From positions 3,185,591 to 3,249,590 of the forward strand of contig NC_068985.1 of NCBI RefSeq assembly GCF_001194135.2: 64,000 bases of DNA, given 5' to 3'. The notes beneath the pieces are model-generated. The model had not been told where the DNA came from. It saw only the letters and a list, made by a program, of their open reading frames with translations, and made no database searches. The translations under genes and the position numbers were made by a program. Positions within the stretch are counted from its first letter, which is position 1. Each line of letters opens with the position of its first letter. Source of the DNA: Octopus bimaculoides. Taxonomy: Eukaryota. Of this stretch, positions 11,286 through 24,160 are shown one piece after another.

Positions 11286-11544
11286 GTACATTATTTACAA
11301 TGGATGGATAAGTGTCCTCACTTTGTTGTTACCATGTTTCAGCTGATGTACCTTTCAGCCTTCATCAGGTGTACTGGTGAAATTTCAAACCCAACCCTTT
11401 TGAAATTTCGAAATTCCACCAGAACACCTGATGAAGGCTCAAGAGTACATCAGGCAAAACATTGTGGTAACAACAAACAAGGTGAGGACATCTATCTGTC
11501 CATTGTAAATAATGTACATAATTCCTTGTCTCAAAAACATAGAA
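11286..11544. mobile_element. Inverted pair of Penelope-pLTR-like arms, each with a hammerhead-like core
   Basis: Arms ~11286-11389 and ~11399-11544 are reverse complements. CTGATGA at 11428-11434 (+) and 11362-11368 (-). Homologous to the arms at 47204-47669. Confidence 0.75.
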
Positions 11545-14119
11545 TAGTATTCCTGTAATAGTACTTGTTCAATCATGAATTATATTGTGTCATATGCAGG
11601 TTGTATAGCTGTTATAACTTAGAGAATGCTGTTTGCTATTACTGAAGATGTGTAGTTGCTTGACCTGCTATACATAGCAGGTAAATTTCCTTCCTATCAC
11701 ATCCTACCTTTAAAAAAAGGAAGGACACATTGGATAATGTAATCTTTAACAAACTATACATGGAAGAAGAATAATTTTAACCATATGCTTTCTTAATTTT
11801 AGTCATTGCTTTCTGATCTAGAATAAAATAGCAACAGCTCATCTTAGGTTAAAGGAAGAGGCAAGAAATAAAAGTGTGGTAAGCAAAATTATATTAATTT
11901 ACTAATTATCTTACAATGCTTGACACACTAATACTGCACGAAAAAGAACTATGGCATAAGAACTAAATACAAATTATAAGTATGCAAAAGAACAAAGTTA
12001 TATCCTTATTCTCAATAGTAAAGTTAGTGGATAGTTCCATCAAAATTCTTTACTTTTAACTCATACCATTTAAGAAAGTATGCAATTTGTCTATTCAGAA
12101 GAGCAACTTACTGTATCAATATTTCTTTCACCTAAGACAGTTCAATATTTCAAAGTGCCTCCAATATTAATGTATTTGTTGCATACATACATGCATACAT
12201 ATGTATATGAGAGCTGCACACATTCATGTGTACAAATACAAGCATGAATGTTTCATACATGCATGCACGCATGTGCGTGTATGCTCACATTTTCTTTTGG
12301 ATCATTTAGTGTCTGTCAGTAGATTTCTTTTTTTTTCTTCTCTCCAATATTTTATTAACTGACTCCATCAAGAGATTAAAGTAGCTTCGTTTCCCCCACC
12401 TCCACCCCCTCCCAATCCATTGTAGAGATTAAGAATGAAAATTATTTCTCATTTCTTCAAGAAATACTTTCTGAAGACAGTTTGTTAAATACCAAATTCA
12501 TCATCTTCATTAGTTTAATATGCAACATTCATTTTAGTTTTTATTCTATGCTAGTACAATCTACTCAGCACATTTTAACTCATATTACTAAATTGGCAGA
12601 GCTTAACTTATTAATCAATGAAAGTATAAGACTACTTAAGAATTTAGAAAAGGCATTGACAAAAACACTGAAAAGAAAGAAATTTACTACTCTAAGATAT
12701 TGAGAACTCATATTTTCTGTGTAAATCATAGTTTAAATCTGAACAAAGTAAATGTTAAGCAATTCTAGGTCAAAATTTCTATTACAAAATTTACAGAGAA
12801 AAACAACTACAAAGCATGGAATATTCCAGAATAAAACTATTCCACAGTTGTGTCTGGAAAGAGTCATTCTCACCGGTAAAATTTCCACTCATTTACTTAT
12901 TTACGTTGCTAAAATTTTTGTTGTGTTTTGCAACCTTTTCAATAGTTGTTAAAAGACGCAACAAAAATTTTGGAAAAATAAATAAGTAAATGAGTAGAAA
13001 TTATAAGGCACTAAAAGAGAATGACTTTCCCCAGACACAACAGAATATGCTTTAACACATGAACTCACATAAAGAATTTTGCAAACCAAATCCAAAAACA
13101 AAACTATTCTACAGGTTTTTCAGTTAAATCATAAAGTTAAACCAGTTGGTTTGAAGTTTTCCACATTAAGTGTTAAAATATTCTTAGATAAGTCACGGCC
13201 AGATTTTAAAATTCTATGGTGGACACTTTGTTGCTTGTACATTAAAATGTTTAAGTGTTTATAATTGTAGTTTTGCCACAGCCATCTTGGAATCAAATAT
13301 TCAACCAAATAAATTAATTTTTAAAAAAACCTAAATCCAAAAACAACTCTCCACACAACTAATCCTGTTTTCAACAATTCTTTCTCGCCCTGAGACTAGC
13401 AAATTACAGATTTGGAGCTAAAAGAAAAATTCAGTGAACCATTCTATCTGAGGGGGAGGGCAGTTGTTTAGTGCCAAGTCAGCTCTGATTTAAATAAGCT
13501 TATGATTCAAAACATTCCAGTTAAGACTATCCCTGCTTTATGTTTATCTATGACTTCATTATCCAGTGTCCTTTTTTAGGATATCACTTTAGTGGGTGTG
13601 GCTACTTTTTCTAGTAGGGCAAGTAACTGTCTAGCGGCTCTTACACACTTGAAAGACTATTCTATCAAAAGAGACCGTTTCAACAGCAGCAGCTTCTAGA
13701 TATTTTATTTTCAAAGAGCCGAATACAGACTGTTTTTGCTGTTCAGTGCGTATTTCAACTGTGGTCTGACTGGGTGAATATGATCAGTTTTATCCAACAT
13801 GAAATGATCAGCAATTTATCTAACTCGAAATTATCATTAAGTATAAACAGAAAATTAAGAGGAAAAGAAAAACAATACTTTCCATTTCCATTCAACAACG
13901 TGATCATAACTAGCATAGTTTAAACATTCTAAACACTTAGAAATTGGTGAGGCCAATCTAATTTAGGATGATGCCTCCAAAGACAAAATAATTTGATATA
14001 CAGTTGATATTTAATAACTCAGAGATGTCATCCAGATGAAAAATAATAGTTAAGTTAGTGTTAGTTTATTTAATGAAGAGAACATTAGCAAATTAACTGG
14101 CAGTAATATTTCTCACCAG

Positions 14120-14335
14120 GTAAAGAAATCAAAATATGAGCACTTTGTCGATGAGCACCTTGATAAGGGCTGGCATGTGGCCTCATTGAAGTCAGCTGCT
14201 ACAGCTTTCTATCTAGACTAGTGTGCTTTTTCCTGCAGAAGATAGGAACCCAGACAGCTGGAGAAAGCTGTCAAGGAAATAGGCACAGCAGCTGAAACTA
14301 GCTCAGGATAGCTATGGTTGATAAGAGACTGCAAA
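14120..14335 (+). mobile_element. HERO/RLE-type non-LTR retrotransposon C-terminal relic
   Basis: Frameshifted translation KYEHFVDEHLDKGW..EVSCYSF..RQLEKAVKEIGTAAETSSG*LWLIRD resembles the KY..L..EC...GW..VEVGCRGF...AAE..S.WLW..R end of HERO-like elements. Confidence 0.5.
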
Positions 14336-14729
14336 TGGAACTCTTCCATAGGTGAAGACTAGCTCAGTCCTCAATGCCCCACTCATGTGGAGCATACAGG
14401 TTAAGGGGCAAAACACTGAAATACCTGCTGATGATATGCAAAGGATTTAGAAGAGCTAACAAAACCTCTGAGGAGCTCCTCCTGCACTTTCTGCATGGAG
14501 CAAAAAATCTCTGATGCTTATTTCACCATGTGTAATGACAGGAAAACATTTTTTATCAAGTTGTACAGGAAACAATAATGAACATACTTCAGTCTTATTT
14601 TGACAATATCAAAAATGAAAATAATATCAGTCATTGACTAATATTTTTTTTTTTTTTTCACCACTCAGTTATTTCTAGTTAACTTTTTAATGTTCCCTGT
14701 ACTGAACACTAACTTAACTGTTTTTCATT

Positions 14730-15118
14730 AGGATGGCATCTCAACATAGGTTATTCATTTGTGACTTCAGACGTAGAGCCAGAAGGACTCAGAGACACAA
14801 GCCAGTCTAGAAAAGGAAACTATGGAATCTTAAGAATTCATCAAACAATCAAAGGTTTAGAGAAGTTCTAATTAAAGCATTTAATTAGGAAGAAACAAAA
14901 ACATACAAACATAGAGGTCTACTGGAAGTTCTTACAAAACAATCTACTGAGGGCTACAGACCAAGTCTGTGGCTGTTGCAAAGTTCTAGCCAGACCCAGG
15001 GTGATATGGTGGTAGAACAGTGAAGTAGACAATAGCAGTAAAAGCAAAGAGTCAAGCTTGGAGGGATTGGAAGAATGGGTGTAGCAGAGAACTGTATTAG
15101 GTAGCTAAAAGAGTAATT
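14730..15118 (+). mobile_element. RTE LINE ORF relic (end of AP endonuclease and linker)
   Basis: Translates SQHRLFICDFRRRARR..PV*KRKLWNLK..LLRATDQVCG..RVIWW*N..AWRDWKNG. Confidence 0.7.
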
Positions 15119-15120
15119 AG

Positions 15121-15400
15121 TAACCCTCTATAATGCTCAAGTGAGGTTGACAATGGAGTACTGCTCCTATACTTTAGGTGGTATTGCTACTGCACACACA
15201 CACAGATCTTATATCATATCAAAGTAATGTCACTCAATTGACTGATAAGAAGATGCTCACCAACACAAGTCAACCTCTGGCCCACACACATATGGTATCC
15301 TCTGTCTTTCCCCCAGGTACTACAGTGACCTCTGCTTCTCAAAGTTGGCTGATCTCATGCTACCTCTCCTGTGACAATTGCAATGACTTGGATCTCCTCC
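15121..15400 (+). mobile_element. CR1/L2-group LINE RT C-terminal relic
   Basis: Translates TLYNAQVRLTMEYCSY..QPLAH..RYYSDLCFSKLADL, like the LY.AQ.RP.MEYCS..QPL.HRR..RYY...CS.EL pattern. Confidence 0.6.
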
Positions 15401-16329
15401 TTTCATCACCTACACTGTGTCCTTCTGTGTCTCCTCCTTTCATCACCTACACTCCCATGCCCTACCATTATAAAATTCCCCTTCAAGATCACTAACCTTC
15501 AGAAACTGTCTCTCTCAAATGCTTTTCCTGCAGTTATTAACTTACAACTGTTCAAGATGAGAAGGTTAACCACATCAACCTCACTGGTTTTGAACAACCT
15601 ACAAAGGGCCTGAGCACAGCCCTTTCATCCAGATCAATCATTGAAAAAGAAAAACAAGGCCATGGATTCAAACATTATTAGTTGCAAGATGTTAATACCA
15701 CTGAATTGCTAATTAAAGGAACCAGTTGTAAAATATATTTTCAGTTGATATGGAAATATTCATATTTGTTAAATCCTCTAGAGCATGCTTATAAAACTAT
15801 TTTTAAAATACAGATATTAAATGCTGCTATGAGCTAATATAATGATCTTACTTATTTCTTTTTCTAGAATTATCTATATAATCTATAGGCAAGTCAATCT
15901 GATTGTTATTGTTGATGTTACATTTATTTAGAGCTAGTTTCAAAATTTACAAGTCAAAATCTAAAAATGAGTTTACAACTTCAGACAATCTTTTTCTAGG
16001 ATTGTAACAATAACACCTTAATTGTGTAGAATTAAAACCATATTCTCATAAACACGGAGAAAATTCATAGGCCATGCTATATAAAAAGGAAAATAAAACA
16101 AGCTTGTTGAGAGTTGAACTTGGAGAATTTAGATTAAAATTAACATTGATTTCTGCTTTTATTTATTACAGCCATCTTTTTTTTTAATACCTTAAAATAT
16201 CTTAGAATAGTGTTTCTTGATAAGATTTTAAAACCTTGCCTAAATCTGTTTCACTTTTCATTGCAATGTCATTTTACTTCCCAGTTGAAGGTTTTCTTGT
16301 CTTGCAAGGTACTTGGTGACCTTGTCGGT

Positions 16330-16525
16330 GTGGTGCCATGTGAAAAGCACTGGTGCTGGTGCCACATAAAAAGCACCCAGTACACTCTGTAAAGTGGTTG
16401 GTATTAGGAAGGGCATCCAGCTGTAGAAACCAAGCCAAAACAGACAATTTAACCTGGTGTGAATCCTGGCCTTGCCAGCTCCTGTCAAACCAGCCAACCC
16501 ATGCCAGCATGGAAAACAGATATTA

Positions 16526-16570
<45 letters not shown>

Positions 16571-16579
16571 AATGATGAT
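16330..16579 (+). mobile_element. RTE LINE 3' tail fragment with long (GAT)n
   Basis: aaaagcacccagtacactctgtaaagtggttgg...ccatgccagcatggaaaacag + (GAT)n. Confidence 0.8.
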
Positions 16580-17064
16580 TCTCCATGCTGGAATGGATTG
16601 CAGTCTAAGTCAGTTCATATTTGGAGTTACTCTATGATATATTTTTCACATGGTTTGCAGGGTTGGATGCCCTTCCTATCAACAACTACATTACAAAATG
16701 TGTGGGATGCATTTTATTGTCACCAGTATAAGAACTGTTGTCTGTTAATGGGCATAGCTAGAGAGTCCTCTCAACTAAATATTGTCTTTTCATTTGTTCA
16801 TCAGTTTTATTTTGTATCACTTCCTGCAAGACTAAAGGGAGCTGCTTCTCTACACTACTTAATGGGAAGGGAGCTAGAATAAGAGAACGATAGAGCAAGT
16901 TACAGAAAACGAGAGTGATAGGTATACGAATGTGTGAAAGATGTGATTGTTATTAGAGAGAGGATTGAATAGAAAAGCAGTGTGATAGGAGAGAAAGGAC
17001 GATGGAAGAGAGAAAGGGTGATAGGAAAGTGATGCATGTTAGATGGGTGATAGATGCAAGAATA

Positions 17065-17068
<4 letters not shown>

Positions 17069-17108
<40 letters not shown>
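17069..17108. repeat. (AG)20 microsatellite within a purine-rich tract
   Basis: Direct observation. Confidence 0.95.
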
Positions 17109-17111
<3 letters not shown>

Positions 17112-17654
17112 GACAGATAGCAATAAGACCAGGTGAGAGTAAAAGAGAGAGAGTGAGGGATAGCAATAAAAGATGGGAGATGGTAAATGAGCAAGTAATG
17201 GATGTTAATAACAACAGAGAGACATTGGGAATAATGGGAAAGAAAGTTAATGTAATGGCTACCAGGAATGAAGTGACAATGTCAATGAAATAATCGTTAG
17301 TAATATACAAAGGTTCAGTCAATCAACTGTTGCTCTATCTAAACTCCAAAATAAAATGGCATTGTATTTAGTGAAAATTTATTCTCACCATTCCCAATGT
17401 TCCTTAAGAACATGTCCTGACACATCTTTTCCACCACTTCTCTGTTGCTCTCTTTATCTCGCTTTCTGTCTCACCCCACTTTCTTTTTCAACTGGAGTAT
17501 CCATGTAGCTGCTCTACCACAAGACACCCATTCCTGTCCCCCTATACTTCTAATCTCTCATCAACTGGTACAAGGTCATCACCCTCTCTCTACTACTCCC
17601 TCCTCCCAGTTGAGAGGATCTTTGTCTTGCAAGTTACTCAGTGACCCTGAGTTC

Positions 17655-17890
17655 TAATGCCATGTAAAAAGAATCAGTGATGGTGCCACGTATGGTGCAC
17701 TGGTTCTGGTTTCATGTAAAAAGCACCCACTACACTGTAAAATGGTTGGCATTAAGGAAGGGCATCCAGCTGTAGAAACCATGCCAAAACAGACAACGGA
17801 GCCTGGTGCGGCTCCTGGCCTTACCAGCCCCAGTCAAACCATCCAAGCCATGTCAGCATGGAAAATGGATGTTAAATGATGAAGACGATT
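17655..17890 (+). mobile_element. RTE LINE 3' tail fragment
   Basis: Same core and gttaaatgatga tail as the other copies. Confidence 0.75.
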
Positions 17891-18393
17891 TACAATTTAA
17901 CAAAATGGAGGTCATCAATCAACCCTCTTTCATTTTGCAGTTTTAAGTAACAATGGTAAAAATAAAACCCAAACAGGTAAGACAACCAACTCTACAATAC
18001 TGTTACTTAAATGCATTCATTCACAGAGAGAACAGAAAGCTCAATATAATCTGAAAGTAGAAACACTAGAAAGCAGTATTAAAATCCCAAATCCCAACAC
18101 TATTATCTCTCAGCCAACTCAGCTTTCCATCATATATTTGGTGTATAGCCTGTAAGCTGTTACTGAAGAATCCTAATTGGATATCCAAAACATATTGAAA
18201 CTAGTTTATTAAAAGAGTTGATTATGTAGAAATATATATATTTCACAGTGAAAATTATCCTATGGTTTAGATAAGTGCAGCAGAGTTAACAATTGAAGTT
18301 ACTGTTTATCAAATACTGCTGATTGCATGTCATAAGCAAACTGTTGTATTCTCTTCTACAGTGACTGTAAAAAACAGTTATTCACACATACTC

Positions 18394-18424
<31 letters not shown>

Positions 18425-18427
<3 letters not shown>

Positions 18428-18512
18428 GTGCAGGCTCCTGCCTGGCCAGCTCCTGTCAAACTGTCCAACCCATACCAGCATGGAAGGTGGATGTTAAACG
18501 ATGATGATGATG
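18425..18512 (+). mobile_element. Short RTE tail fragment
   Basis: ccagctcctgtcaaactgtccaacccataccagcatggaaggtggatgttaaacgatgatgatg, following a (TG)n tract. Confidence 0.7.
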
Positions 18513-21327
18513 CCTCTTTGTCTAATGGCCATTTTTCTAAACTAGTAGAGGGACAGATCTACTGAACAGCATAATTTTTCCACATGTCTTATGTGGCTAT
18601 TGTCTTTTTCTGGTTCAATTCAGGTTACAAATACTTGTATTGTTTGAAATTTAAGTATTATATGCTCTTCGTGACACTAAACCAAAACATGGATTTTGAA
18701 GTTTTTTTGTTTTTTTTTTCAATTTAAACTTTGTTTTATGGAGCAATTTCCTTTCGTGTAATTTTATAAATTCTTTAGTGGTGTTAAATTAAGATGATCT
18801 AAGAGAAATGTAATCAGCAGAACCATTCATCATCATCATCATTTAACACTTGTTAATCCAACCCATCTGATATGGGTTGGACTAAACGAACTGCATTCTC
18901 AGAACTTTTTACTAGCAAGTGTTTATATTAACTTGTATGATTAGCTCTGCACCAAGCTTTCCCCCCACTTTCATCTACATCTATGTTTTAGCGTCTCTTC
19001 TGTGAACTCTCATTCTATAAAACCTGATTAAACTCACTTATTAAACATGGCTATCGTCTACAGTTATCTCATTGCAAGGAAAAGAATGTACAAATGTAAA
19101 CAAATAACGATCAAATATTTCCGGTTGCTAAACATTCTTTTCTTGTTCACAATTTTCTTCTTAGTTTTGTAGCCAAACTTCATAAGATGACAGTATCTTG
19201 TAAAGAAGGTATTGTTGCTGACAAAATAAACATTGTGTCTAAAACAATTAAAATGAGAAAAATCAAAGCATAATATTGAGATGTTAGCAAAAATTAGGCC
19301 ACTGTGCAAGCAACAAGTAAAGAATCAATGCAATGGTCATGGGTTTAAAATTCACAGTTAGAAAACCTTTTCTTTAAGTAACATAATCTTTGATTTCTAA
19401 TTGATGCTGGTCAGATGTTAGGATCAAGCTATCACATGTCATTATTGTTACTGATGTTTCTTAGATACTCTTTTAAATCAAATAAGAAACAGAAATCCAT
19501 GTTTGCTAAAAGCCTGCAAGAGCTTAAGGAACAGTAAGACAGAGTTGAGTCAAAATGAATGTAACATCAAACAACTAAACATCAACTTGGCTTTGCACAT
19601 ATAAAAGCTGTGGCTCTTAGTTTTTGTTAAATATAATTTGATTTTATTGTAAGGACATAAAGCGTCCCTGGAAAAAGATTACACAGTGAAAAGAAATGTA
19701 TGCAGCATGCAAATGGGCCATGTGAAATTATTTATATAAATAAAGATTTAATCTATATATTGACATAAAGATTAAAGCTATGTTTAATGTGATGCAGTTC
19801 TCTTTAAAAGCTTCCCTTTAAAGATTCTCTTCCAACACATTCTAAATTTACAATTCTAACTGACCATACATACAAAACTTCCCAGTCATAAGATATTGAT
19901 CTTATAACCAATCTTTAAGGTGATCCTACAGTCCTCCAAATACAGTAACTCATGCAAACTTAAAATCAGCTTATTATTTATTCAAAAATATTAAAAAAAA
20001 AAGAATATTAAATGGGGTATGCAGTAGATAAAGAAAGAAGCTTTAGTGTTTTACAGATATCAAAGGTCCATTAATCTAAAATGCTTTGGAGTAATGCAAC
20101 TCTCGAACAAACTTTAAATAAATCTATATTTCAGAAAGAGAGAGCTTCATTGATTAAATCTCTACAAACCTAACTGAAGTGGAGTATATTCTAGGGTACT
20201 ACCTATGAGTTATTCTGAAACATTCAATCTTTTACCTTCATAACATAGGTCTGCTTGAACAGAGCTACTCAACAACAACATTAGAAAAGAAAAATTGTAA
20301 TAAACTATACAAAATGAAGTATATAAAGAACGAAGAGCCATAAGTATTAGAGAGATGACTGTCATTGTTTGAAATGCTATAGGTTGCTTCCTATTGGAAA
20401 CAGAGCAAATGAATGTAGAGATTAACCAAGAAAGACTTGAGATGAAGTAGATAGTTCAGATTATCAGGTAGCTAGAGCAAATTTAGAAAGGACTGCTCCT
20501 AGCAAATGGAGAAAGAAAACAAAGACTTAAAACACAGTAGATGGGAAAGTGTATGTATATAGGTATATATGCATGTGTATGTAAGTATATATATATATAA
20601 AGTTCAAATCTAACAGATAAAACGGCAGGATAGATATGAGAGGAAATGCACCGGTGTGCTGATATGCTCAATATATGTTATCAAAAAACAAAAGAGTAAA
20701 AAAAAAAGAAAATGACATTAAATCAATATTGATAATGAAGACAAAGTACCTCCCAAGGATTAACACAAAGTGCAATCAAAGTAAGGATACATAATTCAGG
20801 AAAGTGGAACTACACCTTTCAACTTTTGCAATGAGATCAATGTAGCAGACCACCAACCACAGAGTGAGAAGATCAAACCTTACAACAATAGCCATCATGT
20901 TGTGTCCCTGAACAAAGCAGCTAATGTTGCTTATATCAGTCTGTTTCACTGACAAACAGGTTCTGCTGTTATAACACTACAGAGTGGTAGAATGGATAGT
21001 GGTAGGAACAGACTCGAGCACTAAAAATAATTGTTCCAAACAACATGCAATTGTACGAACTCTTAAAAATAGTGTAAAACATTTAGAAAAAAAAGTTAAG
21101 GTAAAAGGCCTTATAAAAGTAGTCACATACTTTAGAATTTAGAAAGAATATCAATGAATAATATATATGTAGAAAAAATGTTTCATGGGTTAAGATAAAA
21201 ATTAAATTTCAGAACATTGGGCATACACAGATAAAATATTGTGGACAAAGGAAAAAGCTGGATTTCACATCTTTTCAACTAATGCTAACTTGGGAAAATG
21301 ATGTGTGCACAAGTGTAAAGGAGACAG

Positions 21328-21329
<2 letters not shown>

Positions 21330-21366
<37 letters not shown>

Positions 21367-21648
21367 CACATAGTGCATATTCTCTATCTCCTCTTACTGT
21401 TTCCCACAAATACATTCTGAAGAGAACAAAAGATACATATACAAGAGTGTGTGTGAGCGTGTATGTATACCAGCAATGTGTGTGTTATCTCAGACTCAAT
21501 TTCACACACACACACTTTGTCCAATACATACAGCCACACAAAGAAACACAAGTTGATGCAGTGTGTGTGTGTGTGTATGTGTGTGCATACATATACATAT
21601 AGCATGGAAGGTGGATGTTAAACGATGATGATGCGTGTGTATACATAC

Positions 21649-21725
<77 letters not shown>

Positions 21726-22039
21726 TATATATACATACATCAGAAAGCGCCAGACAGAGATGTATCTGAAATAGAGGGCGTAAAGCTGTAAAAACATAGG
21801 ACTCATGAAAAATAGATAAATATCACTGGTAAAGCTGTAATGAGAACGCTGGACACCAAAATATAAAATTGTTAGAAGCAGAGACAAATCAATAACCCTC
21901 CAGAACAAAAAAAAAGATAAGTGTAACATTAATGAGTATATTCACATACACATATGTACACATATACATTCATGACACACGACTATGCTCATTGGGTTTG
22001 TGTGTATCAAGTGTATAATACATCATCTGTATATTTATT

Positions 22040-22083
<44 letters not shown>

Positions 22084-22190
22084 TAATAAATGAAAACAAA
22101 ATGTTAAAAATGGTTGCACAATTGTTTTTTTACATTTTTGTTTTAGTATTTACTTTTTTATTTTACCTCTAAAATAAGTGTGATATAAAG

Positions 22191-22241
<51 letters not shown>

Positions 22242-22854
22242 TTATATTTTATTATCTTCAGCCATTTCTCAGTGACATACATGCAGAATGTAGTTGCCAG
22301 ATTACAACTAGCAGAAAATGTTGCATTTCGATAAGTGTGCTTTCTGGCTGCAGCAGCAAAGCCTGACAATAATTGTGTGCTATCAATCTCCATAGAATGT
22401 GTAAAATCTAAATGAGTTAGGCCTTAATAAATGTCACAGGGATGTAATTGTCAGGGGAACTGTTGGCAAAACAGTCTGTCTCAATATGACAGACAATTAG
22501 ACACAGACGTAAGTTTCATACACATTACTTGTGTAACACAGACACCTATTCATAAACATTTGCAAACTCCCAGCCAGCAACTCGCATGCATGCATATATG
22601 CATGCATATAACAGCGAATGCACACATGCAAATATGTATGCACACTCACACATATGCACACATGTTTATGTGCGAATGCATGCACATGTATACACATATT
22701 CCCAAATATATACCCAAGTGAGTGGATAGACACAGTTATGCTTTTACACACGCATAAACACAACATACATCTTTAGAGAAACAAAAATACTGCCAGACTT
22801 CCATTACACTTCCATCTGCACAGCTTTGTGTTTACACATTCAGTGAATGTGTAA

Positions 22855-22889
<35 letters not shown>

Positions 22890-23060
22890 TGCGTGCGCCA
22901 GAATAGAAGGCAGATGTTAAACGATGATGATATCCCTGTATGCATACAAATATACTCACAATAGACAAACACACTATATGTATAACTGCATGCATACAGA
23001 CAAATGTAGGGTACAGTGCATACATACATACATACATACATACATACATACATACATACA
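21330..23060. repeat. Cluster of (CA)n, (TA)n, (TG)n and (CATA)n microsatellites with two very short RTE tails
   Basis: Direct observation; tails at ~21600-21633 and ~22905-22930. Confidence 0.9.
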
Positions 23061-23249
23061 TAGCGTACAGGCACATCACACCATGTCCAAATGAAAGTAT
23101 ATTAACTAGCAGACCAACACATGGCTGTGTGAGGCAGCAGATATATTTTTTATCAGTGTTTAATCTATGTAGCAGAATATGTGGAAGACACTAGAAGACT
23201 GCCTGAACAGTTAATATAACAAAAATTGCAGACACTGAAAGAGAACAAG

Positions 23250-24160
23250 GAAATTGGACATCAAAAGTAGACACCAAAAAAGAGTACTATTGGTTGTCGG
23301 AGAAAACCGCAAAAACAAAATTGAATAAAAGAAAACATAAGGAAGATAAAAGACAAGGTACACTGAATGACAAGAGTGTATGTTACGTGAGAAACGTTAA
23401 AAGAATACCAAAAGCAGACACCAAAATAAATAACTGAATATGGGCAGAGAAATAAAGAATGGCACCAAAGTAGAGAATGACAAAAAGAAGATTACAAATG
23501 ATCATCGATAAAGAGAAAATGACAAAAGAAACAAAAACAATGTCACAAGTGGACAGAAATAAAAAAAAGATTGCTGGAAGTGGACACCAAAAGTGAACAA
23601 TGTCAATAGAAGATGACGTTAATGAGGAGATGAAAATTATATTGGGCTGAAGATAGACATGAAAATACATAATGCTTAAAAAGTGGACACCAATATATAT
23701 ATATAACATTAAAGTGTACACCAACATATTTAATGTTGAAAGTGGACACCAAAATATATAAAGGACGTCATCATTATCATCATCATTTAACGTCTGCTTT
23801 TCATGCTGGCATGGGTTGGACAGTTTAACAGGAGCTGACAAGCTGGAGACCAGCAGGCTCCATTTGTTTGTTTTGGTGCGGTTTGCGTGGCTGGATGCCC
23901 TTCCTAATTCCAACCACTTCACAGAGTGTACTGGGTGCTTTTTAAGTGGCACCAGCATCGATACTTTATACATGGCACCAGCACAAGTGCTTTTCATGTG
24001 GCACCACCAAGGGTGCTTTTTATGTGACACCAGCATGGTTGCTTTTTTTGCATGACACCAGCACGGTTGCTTTCAACATGGCACCAGAACCAGGTGCTTT
24101 TACATGGCACCAGCATGGGGTACTAAAATATATAAAGTTGAAAGTGGGTACCAACACATA
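23250..24160 (+). repeat. Degenerate minisatellite with recurring AAAGTGGACACCAA motif, split by an RTE insertion
   Basis: Motif variants at about 23256, 23267, 23415, 23548, 23578, 23680, 23711, 23739 and 24142. Confidence 0.65.
23764..24124 (-). mobile_element. 5'-truncated RTE tail insertion with 13-bp target-site duplication
   Basis: aaaatatataaag at 23751-23763 and 24125-24137; about six ~27-nt internal tandem units. Confidence 0.85.

Noticed and set aside
14111-14140. Possible next Greatwall exon ending LYL|gtgaga
   Set aside because: In-frame TGA four codons upstream of the Leu; the region is part of a plus-strand LINE relic.
19037-19238. Minus-strand segment with good acceptor and donor sites
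   Set aside because: All three frames contain stops before the donor and none resembles a known protein.
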